A stretch of 64,000 bases of DNA from Mercenaria mercenaria (GCF_021730395.1 NC_069369.1:29933250-29997249), one strand, 5' to 3'; counted from the first letter of the stretch, positions 1 through 12,615 are shown. The notes: generated from the letters alone by a model not told the origin. Made by a program: numbers and translations.

Positions 1-269
1 ATTTAATACAGTAATTGTAACCACCTGTAATTGATAACTGGAGGAACAGTATGACACCATTGTAAGTGATTATCTAATGTGCTTGCTTCACTTCATCTAG
101 ATAAAATTCCAAATTAGTTCAATGTATTCAAAAACATTTCAGTTCATTATTATCCCTAAACAATCGAGAGGTATGATCAATGCAGTTTGCCATCTTTATA
201 TAGTCTCAACTTATTTAGGATCAGTAATCCACAGTGTCACCTACATTATGTACAGTGGGTTCAAGTATT

Positions 270-760
270 ATGCACATTTTTTGGAAAATTTTCTGATGTA
301 CAATCAAGTAACCCCTGGGGCGGGGCCAATTTTATCCAGGGGGGTCATGATTTGAACAAATTTTGTAGAGGTTCACTAGGCAATGCCACAGGTCAAATAT
401 CTAAACTCTAGGCCTTCTGTTTTATTTTTAGAAAATTTTTCAAAATTTTCCTATGTAAAATCAACTGACCCTTGGGGTGGGGTTAATTTTGATCCCGGAA
501 GTCATGATTTGAACAAATTTTGTAGAGGTCCAGTAGGCAATGCTACATGTGAAATATCTAAGCCCTAGGCCTTCTGGTTTATTTTTAGAAATTTTTTGAA
601 GATTTTCCTATGTAAAATCAACTGACCCTTGGGGTGGGGTTAATTTTGACCCCGGGGTCATGAGTTGAACAATGTTAGTAGAGGTCCACTAGGCAATGCT
701 ACATGTCAAATATCTAAGCTCTAGGGCTTCTGGTTTTTGAGAAGATGATTTTTAAAGATT
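270..760. repeat. Tandem repeat of about 125 bp, about 3.8 copies
   Basis: Repeated GGGGYGGGG...CATGATTTGAACAAATTTTGTAGAGG.CCACTAGGCAATGCTACATG..AAATATCTAAGC.CTAGG units. A longer-unit variant of the same family is at 3590-4440, with a partial copy at 9370-9470. Confidence 0.8.
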
Positions 761-829
761 TTCCTAGGTGAGCTAAAAAGTTACAATATGAGCTATTTAT
801 AGTAACAACGAAGAGAAGTAATTCTAGGT

Positions 830-1215
830 TCTTGCACATGACACTCCGTCTCATGATGGTGAACAACTGTGCCATGTTACATCAAAATCCCTCCATGCAT
901 GAAAAAGAAATGCTCCAGACAAAGTCATTCTTGTATCTGACCTTTGCCCTCTAAGTGTGACCTTGACCTTAGACCTAGGGTCCTGGTTTTTGTGTATGAC
1001 ATTCCGTCACATAGTTGTGAACATGTGCCAAGTAACATCAAAATCCTTCCATGCATGAAGAAGAAATGCTCCGGTCAGTCATTATTGAATTTAACCTTTG
1101 ACTTCCCAAGTGTGACCTTGACCTATGAGATAGGCACCTGCGATTTGCGCATGACACTCCGTCTCACTGAGGTTAACATTTATGCCAAATATAAACGAGA
1201 TTGCTCCATGCATGT
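830..1215. repeat. Tandem repeat of about 150 bp, about 2.6 copies, followed by a GGACG..ACA/GCTAAAAAA tail at 1215-1340
   Basis: Repeated ...CATGACACTCCGTCTCA...GTGACCTTGACCT... units. The tail matches the 3' module seen on the other composite elements. Confidence 0.7.
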
Positions 1216-1646
1216 CAGTTATAGTCCGGACGAACAAATCTGGACGTACACACACACCCACATACACCGAACAGCCATTTGGACAACTATGTCTTCGCTT
1301 CTGCAAGCCGGCTTGCTAAAAAAGTTAGCTCGAGTTCTAATTCTTATTTCTTAACTTATTTTACACTTGTGAAATTATTTAATTTCCATTTCCTTTATAT
1401 ATAGATATCAAAAATAAATCAACAGGTTTCACTCTCATAAAAAAGAGCCAAGCAAATGACACATCACTGCTGTTGCAGTTTAACTCAGAAATACCAAGTA
1501 TAAAGGATTTGATGCATAATTAACAGTACCGTAACTTAAAACTCAATGGCGCCATTTTGTAAATAACAAAAAGCAATCCAAACTCTCCTCTTATTTTAAC
1601 TACCAACTTACAATGATTTTTACAATACATGATGCTGTTGCTAGTT

Positions 1647-2403
1647 TTATTCTAGACACAATGCCAAAAGCCTAATGTATAAGTCAATACCATCAGTAGA
1701 ATTGGCTAAAGGATTTACTGATCTCCTTGCCTGCTCTAGCTTTTCAGCAGTCAAGGGACAGTCAACACTAGTAACATTAACTGTCTCTCCATCTTCAACT
1801 GCAACTGGACCATCCCAGTCGACACCAAAATCATCAGGTAAGGCTTCCTGCGTGACAACAGGTTCGAAGAAGAGGTCATCGACTCCTGTCTGCCCAGTGC
1901 CCCTGTGTTCCAATATGCCTTTGACATACAGCTGGTGTGGAGTTCTGCCATGCTCTGTTCTTAGGCGGTGATTATTCCATCCAGCCTGAAACTTTTTCAA
2001 ATCTCTGTTGAGGCGAGGTAAGAAAATGAACTGGAGACACCACATATGCAGCTCATTTTCAAGATTGAGTGCACCTTCCCTCTCTAAGTGTGAAAAGAGT
2101 TCTCGGTAAAAACACGTACAGCCTTGGTACAAGTCACGCCAGAAACGTTCAATGCGCTGGTTGTGTACAGATCTGCCAGTGATGCAACTTCCACGACTGG
2201 GGCCACGGTATGTGTTCATAAACATAGCAACCTCAATATTTTCTCCCCCATGGTCACAGCGTACCCGAGATGGCACTCCATATTTATTAGTTGCTTCAAC
2301 AAAATCTTGAAATACTGTTGTTGCCCTGTTATTTGTGGCTGCATCTAGGAACACCACTGTACGGCTAAAACCATCAATGCCACCGTGTATGACAAAACCC
2401 CAT
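1647..2403 (-). CDS. Integrase-like gene terminal exon (DDE/rve catalytic core, stop at 1647)
   Basis: ORF track 1647..2357, extended to the acceptor ttttttcag|A at 2404. Encodes WGFVIHGGIDGFSRTVVFLDAATNN...RCDHGGENIEVA...NQRIERFWRDL. D, D and E spacing is typical of retroviral-type integrase cores. Confidence 0.65.
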
Positions 2404-2548
2404 CTGAAAAAATATAATTAATACTTCTACAAATCAAGCAACAAGAGCTATAACAAGATTTATATCAAACATTTCGTAATCGCCCTTGAGTTTTAAGATT
2501 GGTATGAAAAATTGTACATGTCATCCAAATTTCAAGGCTGTATCTTAA

Positions 2549-4630
2549 ACAAGAGCTGTCCGTAAGACAGCGCACTCCACTATTCGGGGTTTGATAGTAA
2601 AAATGAATATATGTCTGAATAACTTAAGAGACCTCTACTTTAAAAGGAAGATACACCAAGGGGCATAATTCCATCAAATACACAAACTTGAGTTATTAGG
2701 ATTATTACAACACATGCAGATGTTGATGATACAGATTTATTTTGAGTTTCAAGTCATTATCTTATATAGTACCAAAGTTATGTCCAGAAAACGAAGTTTG
2801 TAAAAAATTTAAGTATAAAAGGGGCATAATTCGGTCAAAAATACAAACCAGAGTTATGAGGATTGTTACCATACATGCAGATGATGTTGATAAAGATATA
2901 TTTTAAGTTTCAAGTCTTTATCTTATATTGCATTAAAGTAGTATCCATAAAGCAAGATTGCAAAAAAGTTTAAGTACAAAAGGGGCATAATTCTGTCAAA
3001 AACATAATTAGAGTTATGGGGTATGTAGCCACACATGCAGATGATTATAAACAAATACTTTTAATTTCATTATCTAAGTACCAAAGATATGTCTATAAAC
3101 GAAGCTTTCGAAAAAAATTAACATGAAAATAATTCAAAGTATAACTCCCTGGTGACCTTGACCTTGGGTATAATGGGCCCAGCCCCTACACATGCTTTGT
3201 ATGTATGCTGGACAATGTTTATGTGAACTTACAGTATGATATAAGCAAAAGTAACAGACATGACAGAAAAACAAAGATTGCCGAAAAACTTTAACCTTAA
3301 AAATAACCTTTAAAGAAGTATAACAGCTTGGTGACCTTGGCCTTGGGTATAATGGGCTCAGCCCCTACACATACATTGTTTGTATAATGGACAATGTGTA
3401 TGTGAAGTTACAGTAAGATATGACAAAAAAACAAAGGTTGCCGAAAAACTTTAACCAAGAAGGGTCATACCAACGCCGACAAGGTCACAGTCAAGTGATC
3501 CCTAATCACTTCAGGTCATCAGGTAATTATGATTAAGCACTCTAGGAAATATGATTTGATAATTTTTGAAGTATTTATTCCTATATAACTCATATAACAA
3601 GTGACACCCAGGGCGGGGCCTCTTTTCACCCCAGGGGCATAATTTGAACAATTCTGTATGAGATCCGCTAAGCAATGCTACATACCCAATATCAAAGGCC
3701 TAGGCTTTGAACTTTCAGACAAGAAGATTTTTTCCCCTATGGATATGTCTATGTTAAATTTGGACACCCTAGGGCTGGGCCTCTTTTCAACCCAGGGGCA
3801 TAATTTTGGTAGAGGAACACTAGGCAATGCAATATACCAAATATCAAAAGCCTATGCCATGCAGTTTCAGGCAAGAAGATTTTTAAAGTTTTTTTCTATA
3901 TTAGTCTATGTAAAAGTTGAGATGCTCCGAGGCAGGGCCTCTTTTCACCCCAGGGACATAATTTGAACAATTTTGGTAGAGGACCACAAGGTAATGCAAC
4001 ATACCAAATATCAAAAGCCTAGGACTTGCAGTTTCAGACCAGAAGATTAAAAAAAAAAATTTCCTATATAAGTCTATGTAAAACTTGAAACCTCCCAGGG
4101 TAGGGCCTCTTTTCACCCCAGGGATATAATTTGAACAAATTTGGGAGAGGACCATAAGGCAATGCTACATACAAAATATCAAAGGCCTAGGTCTTGTGGT
4201 TTTAGACAAGAAGATTTTTAAAGTTTTTTTCCTATATAAGACTATGTAAAACTTGTGACCCCGGGGGTGGGGCCTCTTTACACCCTAGGGGCACAATTTG
4301 AACAATCTTAGTAGAGGACCATTAGATGATGTTACACGTCAAATATCAAGGCTCTATGCCTCTGGGTTTTGGACAAGAAGATTTTTAAAGTTTTTCCTTT
4401 TGGTTGCCATGCCAACCAGAGTTCTCCATGGAATTCAATTCTTTGAACAATTTTGAAAGGGGGCCACCCAAGGATCATTTCTGTGAAGTTAAGTTTAATT
4501 CTGCCAAGTGGTTTTCAAGAAGAAGATTTTTTTAGAAAATGTTGACGGACTGACTACGCACGACTGACGACGGACACTGATCAGTCACAAAAGCTCACCA
4601 TGAGCCTTTGGCTCAGGTGAGCTAAAAAAA
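2549..4630. mobile_element. Composite satellite-bearing elements (Helentron/HINE-like) inside an integrase intron
   Basis: 5' module AAACAAGAGCTGTCCGTAAGACAGC (hairpin) at 2549. Tandem arrays at 2620-3160 (about 165 bp, 3x), 3120-3460 (about 180 bp, 2x) and 3590-4440 (about 155 bp, 5x). 3' module ...GACGGACACTGATC...AGCTCACCATGAG...GGTGAGCTAAAAA ends at 4630. Confidence 0.55.
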
Positions 4631-4950
4631 AACAGGTGCATATACAGTTATGGTTATTAGTTACTGCACTCTGCCTCAATGTGTTCTTTATGAATTTAAA
4701 ATTTAAAGAAAGCCTCTCTTATAGTTAACGAGACATGCTCTGGATAAAGTTTTAACATATTAATTAAAATCAGCAATAGGCCAGCTAGAGTTATGGTTCT
4801 TAGTTACTGCACTTCCTCTCACTGACCTTTAGAATTGTGTGAAGCACTGAGTGAATCAGTTACATACTTTTCAAGTTATACACTCATCTGGAAATGCTTT
4901 CATACACACAAACACATATGATATATGAAAGCTATTCATTGCTAACATAC

Positions 4951-5158
4951 CTTATAAGCTTGTGATTGCCATCTATATGCCAAAGTGCATTTGGACCTGG
5001 TACAGAATATGTTCTTCTGCAGATAGTCTGACTCCATCTCATTGCCACAGCTGCAGGGTCAACCCTCAATAATGCTTCTGCCACCCTGTCTCTTTGAACA
5101 TGTATACCATCTGCTAAAAGCTGGCCCATCACATTTCTCTGACCAAGCATGGGGTTTC
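4951..5158 (-). CDS. Integrase-like gene exon (linker and first catalytic D)
   Basis: ORF track 4932..5171. Acceptor ttattgcag|GA, donor ATAAG|GTATGT. Encodes GNPMLGQRNVMGQLLADGIHVQRDRVAEALLRVDPAAVAMRWSQTICRRTYSVPGPNALWHIDGNHKLI(R). Confidence 0.6.
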
Positions 5159-5455
5159 CTGCAATAATCATTTAGAATCTTTACTGGTAGAAATGGGAAC
5201 CAAATGTCTACTTTCATTATTCTCATTGTTTTGATTGTCTATGTCTAGTTTTTGGTTGGGATTCCAATTGCCTGGGATTGGAAAACATGACCTCTTGATT
5301 GACGGTCAAGCTTGTTACCTATAGCCTGCAATGTCACTTATTCATACACATTATAAAGAAACACATTTCCTTGTCATTGACAGAATGCATTCTTCAAAGT
5401 CACCGTGAAAAGGAAAAATTTTTGTTAAAAAGCTTAAAATGCTATGATCTTATAC

Positions 5456-5538
5456 CTTCTGTAATATTTTTTACTCTCTCATCGAGCTCGTCATTAGATA
5501 TATTGCAAAATCTGTCCTTCCTACTCAAATTGTATTGT
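5456..5538 (-). CDS. Integrase-like gene, small internal exon
   Basis: Acceptor tttatatttcag|A, donor GAAG|GTATAAG. Encodes (R)QYNLSRKDRFCNISNDELDERVKNITE(G). Its phase is the only one that joins the flanking exons in frame. Confidence 0.5.
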
Positions 5539-5694
5539 CTGAAATATAAAGCAGAGGTATCAGTAAAGATGAATGTGCACATGCTTTTTTAAGTAAATGA
5601 TAAACTGTATCATGTATTGATATTGGGTAAAAGACTTATTTAAAATTGGCATATTCTTTTAAAAGTTCGAAGCCAAAAAAATTGATTATTTCTA

Positions 5695-7035
5695 AAACAA
5701 GAGCTGTCCGTAAGACAGCCAAGCTCGACTATTCGAAATATTGTCACAGAAGCAGAGAATTATTACCCAAAATGTTAAATATCAAAAGAGTTTTAAGTTC
5801 GAAACGGGACATAATTTGACCAAAATGCATATCAAGAGTTATGGGACTTGATGCTATCAACTAGTTTAATAACCCCGAAGAAACATGTTAAGTTTCAATT
5901 CCATATCTGCATTAGTTTTGGAGATAGCAACTTGCATGTAAAACTTTAACCAGAATTTTCTAAGTCCAAAAGGGGGCATAATTTGCTCAAAATACATGTT
6001 AAGAGTTATGGAACTTGACCCAGTGAGGTTGGTAACTGACCTAGAAAAAGAATAAATAAGTTTCAAAGCTATATGCCTTTTGGTAATAGCTGTATGTACT
6101 TGCACGCAAAACTTTAACCAGGATTTTCTAAGTCCAAAAGGGGGCATAATTTGCCCAAAATACACGTCAAAGTTATGTGACTTGATTCTATCAACTAGTT
6201 TTATAACCCCGAAGACACATGTGAAGTTTCAATTTAATATCTGCATTAGTTTTGGAGATAGTAACTTGCATGTAAAACTTAAACCAGGATTTTCTAAGTC
6301 CAAAAGGGGGCATAATTTGCTCAAAATACATGTCAGAGTTATGGGACTTGGCCCAGTGAGGTAGGTAATTGATCTAGAAAAAGAAAAAATAAGTTTCAAA
6401 TCAATATGCCTTTTAGTAATAGCTGTATGTACTTGCACGCAAAACTTTAACCAGAATTTTCTAAGTCCAAAAGGGGGCATAATTTGGCCAAAATACATGT
6501 CAGAGTTATGGGACTTGACCCAGTGAGGTAGGTAATTGATCTAGAAAAAGAAAAAATAAGTTTAAAATCTATATGCCTTTTAGTAATAGCTGTATGTACT
6601 TGCACGCAAAACTTTAACCAAAATTTTCTAAGTACAAAAGGGGGCATAATTTGGCCAAAATGAAGGTCAGAGTTATGGGACTTGGTGCTATCAACTAGTT
6701 TTATAACCCCGAAGACACATGTGAAGTTTCAATTCAATATCTGCATTAGTTTTGGAGACAGTAACTTGCATGTAAAACTTTAACCAGAATTTTCTAAGTC
6801 CAAAAGGGGGCATAATTTGCTCAAAATACATGTTAGAGTTATGGAACTTGACCCAGTGAAGTTGGTAATTGACCTAGAAAAAGAATAAATAACTTTCAAA
6901 GCTATATGCCTTTAAATGATAGCTGTATGTACTTGCATGCAAAAACTTAACCAAGGTATGACGCCGACGCCGACACCGTTGCCAGGGTGAGTAGAATAGC
7001 TAGACTATTCTTCGAAAAGTCGAGCTAAAAAATCA
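5695..7035. mobile_element. Composite element with 16-bp terminal inverted repeats and an internal higher-order satellite of about 340 bp (5760-6950)
   Basis: 5' end AAACAAGAGCTGTCCGTAAGACAGCCAAGCTCGACTATTCGAA, 3' end TTCGAAAAGTCGAGCTAAAAAA. Internal 170+170 bp alternating units with GGGGGCATAATTTG motifs, about 3.5 copies. Confidence 0.6.
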
Positions 7036-7249
7036 TTCTATAGCAAATACATTTTAAATTTTAGATAATTGTAACTATAATTGTTCGTCTTGATAAAATA
7101 ATTACCAGTAATTGCAAGTATTTCGGGATGTAAATTAATAAGGTAAGATTTTAAGACGAAAGTTGTTTACAAATTAACTGACATCTTGTTACCAATAAAA
7201 AGTTGCAATAAATGCTCATAGATTCTTCGGAAAACAAATGATCTTTTTC

Positions 7250-8225
7250 ATATTTAAACAAGAGGGTCATGATGACCTTGAATCGCTCACCTTGGTATAT
7301 TGAACCACATGTTTCAAATGGCCAACTGATGCTAAAATATTAGAAAGTAGATCAGTAGGTCATATTTATGGTCACTGAAAGACAGCTTAAAGTCTGGTGT
7401 ACAAAACTGTACTTGACATCCAAATTTAAAGGCTGGATCTTAAACTAGAGTGGTCACAAGCAAATGTTTATGCACGGACACACAGGCGATGTAGACCTAC
7501 TGACCTAGTTTTTGACCACAAGAACCCAGTTTCGAATTGGACCTAGACAGCATCAAGATGAATAATCAGACCAACTTTCATACAGATCCCATGAAAAATA
7601 TCGCCTCTAGAGAGGTCACAAGGTTTTCCTATTATTTGAAATACTGACCTAGTTTTTGATGGCATGTGACCCAGTTTCGAACTTGAACTAGAGTAGATAT
7701 CATCAAAGTGAACATTCTGACCAATTTTCATGAAGATCCTTGAAAAGTATGGATTCTAGAGAGGTCAAAAGGTTTTTCTATTTTTAGACCTACTGACCTA
7801 GTTTTTGATTGCATGTGACCCAGTTTTTAACTTGACCTAGACATCACCGAGGTGAACATTCTGACCAATTTTCATGAAGATCCATTGAAAAGTATTGACT
7901 CTAGAGAGGTCACAAAGTTTTTCTATTTTTAGACCTACTGACCTAGTTTTTGACCGCAGCTGACCCAGTTTCAAACTCGACCTAGATATCATCAAGATGA
8001 ATATTCAGACCAACTTTCATACAGATCCCATGATAAATATCGCCTCTATAGAGGTCACAAGGTTTTTTCTATTTTTAGACCTACTGACCCAGTTTCAAAC
8101 TTAACCTAGATATCAGCAAGATGATCATTCTGACCAAATTTCATAAAGATCCCGTGAAAAATGTGACTTCTAGAGTGGTCACAAGCAAAAGTTTACGGAC
8201 GCATGCACGACAAGTGAGCTAAAAA
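7250..8225. mobile_element. Composite element carrying a tandem array of about 185 bp (7490-8180, about 3.7 copies)
   Basis: 5' AAACAAGAGGGTCATGATGACC...CGCTCACC. 3' ...GTTTACGGACGCATGCACGACAAGTGAGCTAAAAA. The array family reappears at 20090-21480. Confidence 0.55.
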
Positions 8226-8671
8226 CCAACTTCTTGGTTTAAAGTCTATATAAATGTGACATTTTATATCTGTACCTACTAGCATTACTTTAACTAATAT
8301 TTTTCTCATATTCTAAATGAAGTTATTCTTAAGTTAATGATAATGAATGAGTAAATGTCTTGTACAGTATGTTTTTGTGCATGATGCATGAACCAGGATT
8401 TTCCAAGTCCAAAAGAGGGCATAATTTGGTAAAAATGCTGGTCAGAGTTATGGGACTTGATGCTATCAACTAGTTTTATAACTCCAAAGACAAGTGAAGT
8501 TTCAATTCAATAACTGCATTACTTTTGGAGATGGTAACTTGCATGTAAAACTTAAACCAGGATTTTCTAAGTCCAAAAGGGGCCACAATTTTCTCAAAAT
8601 ACGTGTCAAGAGTTATGGGACTTGACCAAGTTAGGTAAGTAATTGATGTAAAAACAAGAAGCTGCGTTCAA

Positions 8672-9108
8672 TAAACGCTTGATGCCCCCGGTAGCATCCT
8701 TGTCGATAAAAAAGCAACCTAAGTCCAAAACGAGGTCAAGTTCAAGGTCAAACTGAGGTCAGGTGATGTGTGAAGATGAATGGTCACAGATTACATCTGT
8801 ATTAGTATCTAGTCATTCTAGTAAGGGGTATTGATGCTAGAGGAAACGGTCCCATTTGGTTAACCAAGAGATGGCCCATATAAAGCAACCTAAGTCCAAA
8901 ATGAGGTCAAGGTCAAACTGAGGTCAGGTGATGTGTGAAGATGAGGAACGGTCACAGATTACACCTGCATCAGTATCAAGTCATTCTAGTAAGGGGCACT
9001 GATGCTAGATGAAACGGTCCCATTTGGTTAACCTCGTACGGCCGGATGAACAGACAGGACAATTACTATATGCCTCCCGCATCAATAGATGCCGGGGGCA
9101 TAAAAATT
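8672..9108. mobile_element. MITE-like element nested in the satellite array, with roughly 20-bp terminal inverted repeats
   Basis: The 5' arm GCTTGATGCCCCCGGTAGCATCC and the 3' arm GCATCAATAGATGCCGGGGGCAT are inverted complements. An internal tandem duplication of about 190 bp lies at 8700-9040. The satellite unit resumes on either side. Confidence 0.5.
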
Positions 9109-9741
9109 AAGTTTCAAGCTATATGCCTTTAAATGATAGCAACATGTACTTGCATGCAAAACTTTAACCAAGGTGTGACGCTGGGGTGAGTAGAATAGCT
9201 ACATTATTCTTTGAATAATAGTTGAGCTAAAAACAGTTAAGTAGGTCAGTAGGTCAAGGTCATAGTCAGGTGACACTTAATCACTTAGGGTCATCAGGTA
9301 ATTATAATTAAACAGTCTAGAATATATGATCTGATAATTCTTGAAGTATTTTCTCCTATATAACTGGTATAAAAAGTGACCCTCCAGGGCTGGGCCTTTT
9401 TCACGCTAGAGACATAATTTGAGCAATCTTGTCAGAGGTCCACTAAGTATATTGGCATTCTGAACCATCAGCTGTGGCCGTACACCCACAAACCCTTTTA
9501 ACATTTTTCTTTCGTTAGCCACGAGTTCTGTGTGAAGTGTAATTTTTTTAACAATCATCCATGGATCATTCCTGTGCAGTTTCATCAAAACTATACTTGT
9601 ATTTTAGCAGGAGATGTTGTTTAAAGGAAAGTATGGATGGCCGGACAGCGAGCGATCATAATAGCTCACCCTGAACCTTTGGCTCCTGTGAGCTAAAAAC
9701 AACATACAGACAGGTTAATATATTATCAGTAAAACATTTAC

Positions 9742-9915
9742 CTCAGTCTTCTTTTCACACTGGACACACTGATATTGACAAGGTCTGCTATCTCTTTGTT
9801 TGTAAAATGTAGATCAAGAAGTAGCTCAAGCTGATCCCTTGAGACAACATATCGTGGCCTTCCAGTTTCACCATGCTGAACCTCGGGTCTGGTCTGACTG
9901 TCATCCTCAGCAGAT
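9742..9915 (-). CDS. Integrase-like gene, 5'-most identified coding exon (HTH region)
   Basis: Minus-strand frame reads ...FRSAEDDSQTRPEVQHGETGRPRYVVSRDQLELLLDLHFTNKEIADLVNISVSSVKRRL. Acceptor is ttatttcag|A and donor is CTGAG|GTAAAT, phase 2. There is no in-frame ATG, so an upstream exon is expected. Confidence 0.5.
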
Positions 9916-10689
9916 CTGAAATAATTGCCCTTTACTGCTAGACTTTTAACTTATACAATCTATGTGCAGGAAACCTAGCCTGTCCTTGATGGGTTTAATT
10001 GGAATAATAAAAGATATTATCTAATTCATCATATTGTTTGCTACAGACAATCTGTCGGAATCAACCTATAATTAGGAAATAATAAGTTCCCAAACGTGAT
10101 TTATCATAGACTAACCACAGTTTTGAGTTCTTATGCAAAAGAATATATCACTAAGGCCAAGAGCCCAGAAAATATTGATAATTCCTGAGCAATACTGGGA
10201 AATATGATTCAACAGGAGAAATCCCTGTGACGTCACATATTAACATCTGTTTATCTGGTTTTAGGCAAAACAAATGTTTGTACATTGTTTATGTATGTGA
10301 TTGAAATTCTTCATTTCTAATAACTTTTTTTTCGCTCAATTTAAAAAAGTTTTGAAATACTTATAATTTTTATATTTAAATATCTTTTAAAACTGAATAA
10401 CCATTTTAAATGACATATAATTTTAAAAGCTGCGTAGTGATACTCAATACCTCTAATAAAGCACTGTAAGTGAAGCATATATTATTAATCTATTTCATTT
10501 CAACATAATAATTAAATGTAACGAATAAATTGCTTGTTTTATAACCTACCATTGATTATGATAAAAAAAAATATTGATAATTTTAGTATTTAAGTTAGTG
10601 GTGTAACAATACCCTAGTCTAACGATATAATACATATCGTGATACAGATGCAATGATACAGTAATGTTATATTACTTAATGCTGAATAA

Positions 10690-10960
10690 ATTTTGTTGTT
10701 GTTGTTGTTGTTGATTGGCTATACGCGGCTATCGGTGACAAGCGAGTAACTCCGCCCACATATTTTGCTCTCGAGTCAAACCTTGCATGCGTATTCGCAG
10801 GTTTACGTAAGCAATTAATTTTCATTGCGTCTCACTGCAGAAACGTGCGTCCGGGGACTCCCAAGCTGCAATAAACACGCGTATACCGGGACCAATTATG
10901 CGTACAGGGACGCCGATTTCGGCGTTTCCGAGAACCCTGATGAGTAAAAATCAACTTTCT
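10690..10960. promoter_or_regulatory. CpG-rich island with CCAAT (ttgattggct) and GC box (ccgcccac), a candidate promoter
   Basis: A local cluster of CpG dinucleotides in an otherwise AT-rich, CpG-poor window. It lies about 0.8 kb upstream (minus-strand sense) of the first identified integrase exon. Confidence 0.35.
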
Positions 10961-11644
10961 TAAACTCCACTATCAATATGATATTTGGGTAAGATTCTTT
11001 GGTCTAATTGCAAAAAAAAAAAAAACAGTTAAATTGAAATGTTTTTGATATTTGTCGGATGATTATCAAGGACAGTAAAAATCAGTAAAATGCCTGCACA
11101 TGGAAAATTATATCAAATATCTTCAGACAAAGGTATCGCCATGAATCATTACACCCTTAGTAGTTAGGCCGTTAGAAAATCTCTAAAAAAGCTTTGTCTT
11201 TCCCACCCTAAATCTTCATTTTTTCTACCAAAAAGTACTTTGCTCGGAAAATGAAGTTGATAAGTTGACAAACTGTCAGATTGGATCATGTCTAAACTCT
11301 AACCTTAGCCATATGACAAAATACACTTGTATAGTGTATTACAAAATACATATATAATAAGTAGTCAAGTATTACAAACAAGAGCTGTTAGAGCATTCAA
11401 CTATTTGTAATCCTAGGCTTGAATTTAGTAGAAATTGGATCAACCCAACAGGATTAATTAGTCAAAATAATTCCACGTTCAGAATCAGATTGTGTTATAA
11501 TCGTGACGAGCAATCTTAACGTCAAATCACTGAAAAACCAAAAGAATGGACGAAGAATCATACTACACAGTCATGTAAAGTTATTGGTTTAATTGCTTGC
11601 GCATATTTCGTGTAGACATTGTAAAGGTTAATCGTGTACAGTTC

Positions 11645-12615
11645 ATGTATAGGTTTAGAGTGGTGGAACCTATGCTCGCGGTATTTTGTACATATATAAT
11701 CTTTTTAAGAAGCAAGAAAAAATTATTATTTCGATTTGCCTATGCAAAAACATAAAGTTATCCTCCTTTTATCGAAACATATTGTTGATGTGCGTCATCA
11801 CGTGACTTAGTCGTCTCGTGAGCTATCGACACGGCATACGTGAAAAGGTGAAAATTCGCCCTGAAGGGAACCTATGCTGGCGGTATGTAATATCGATTAA
11901 ACTAAGGACGAAAAAAAAAATCAGCAGGCTAAAAATGAACAACCAAGCATATGCGAATATAATACTTAGAACATTACTCATTTATTATGTGAAAAACAAA
12001 ATAAATGGGGATAAAATTTAGTATGTGCCTCTATGTGTATATTTCCCTTTCCGAAATGGAGTCACTATTAGAACAAAGCTTAAAAACGTTTAATAATGTT
12101 GTTTAAAAACAGAATTAAAGATTCAAACAACGACAGTGATTAACTCGCTAATGTTTTCTACACTTCTTTTGTGTGTAGGAAATTTACTCCTCCCTACATC
12201 TCAGAAAGAACCATTTGGACTTTGTCAAAATACTAAGATCAACATCGATCTTTTCATGGTTCGAAAGGCACTCGTAGTGTAGCCAGGCGTCACATTCATC
12301 ACATCTTGCTCTTAAATGTATCTTATATCTGAATGTAATGCATGATTTCTAAAAAACTAACTTTAGTTTAGTGATTTTGACATATTTGTGTGAGATTTGT
12401 GCGACGGATACAGATTGCGTAAAATGTATCGGCTGCTGTATACGTCACGTGAGCGGCACGCGCGGCTATCGCTACGTTTGTTGTAAAGGCATTTCACCAC
12501 TGGTCGGTGTTGAACATAGCATGATGAAATATTTTTATCAGTGCTTCTGCAGAGAGCATATTTATCGAAATACCGCGAGCATAGGAATACCGCGAGCATA
12601 GGTTCCACCACTCTA
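11645..12615. mobile_element. Non-autonomous DNA transposon of about 0.97 kb with about 29-bp terminal inverted repeats
   Basis: TAGAGTGGTGGAACCTATGCTCGCGGTAT at 11645-11673 is inverted at 12587-12615. Possible TA target duplication. No transposase ORF. Interior carries two CACGTG E-box palindromes. Confidence 0.5.

Noticed and set aside
944-1354. Track ORFs 944..1354, 18604..18966, 22000..22227, 44347..44568 and 17205..17573 as genes
   Set aside because: They read through tandem repeats, a GC-rich insertion, an (AC)n microsatellite, the 60-bp minisatellite and a SINE respectively. Many start at non-ATG codons.
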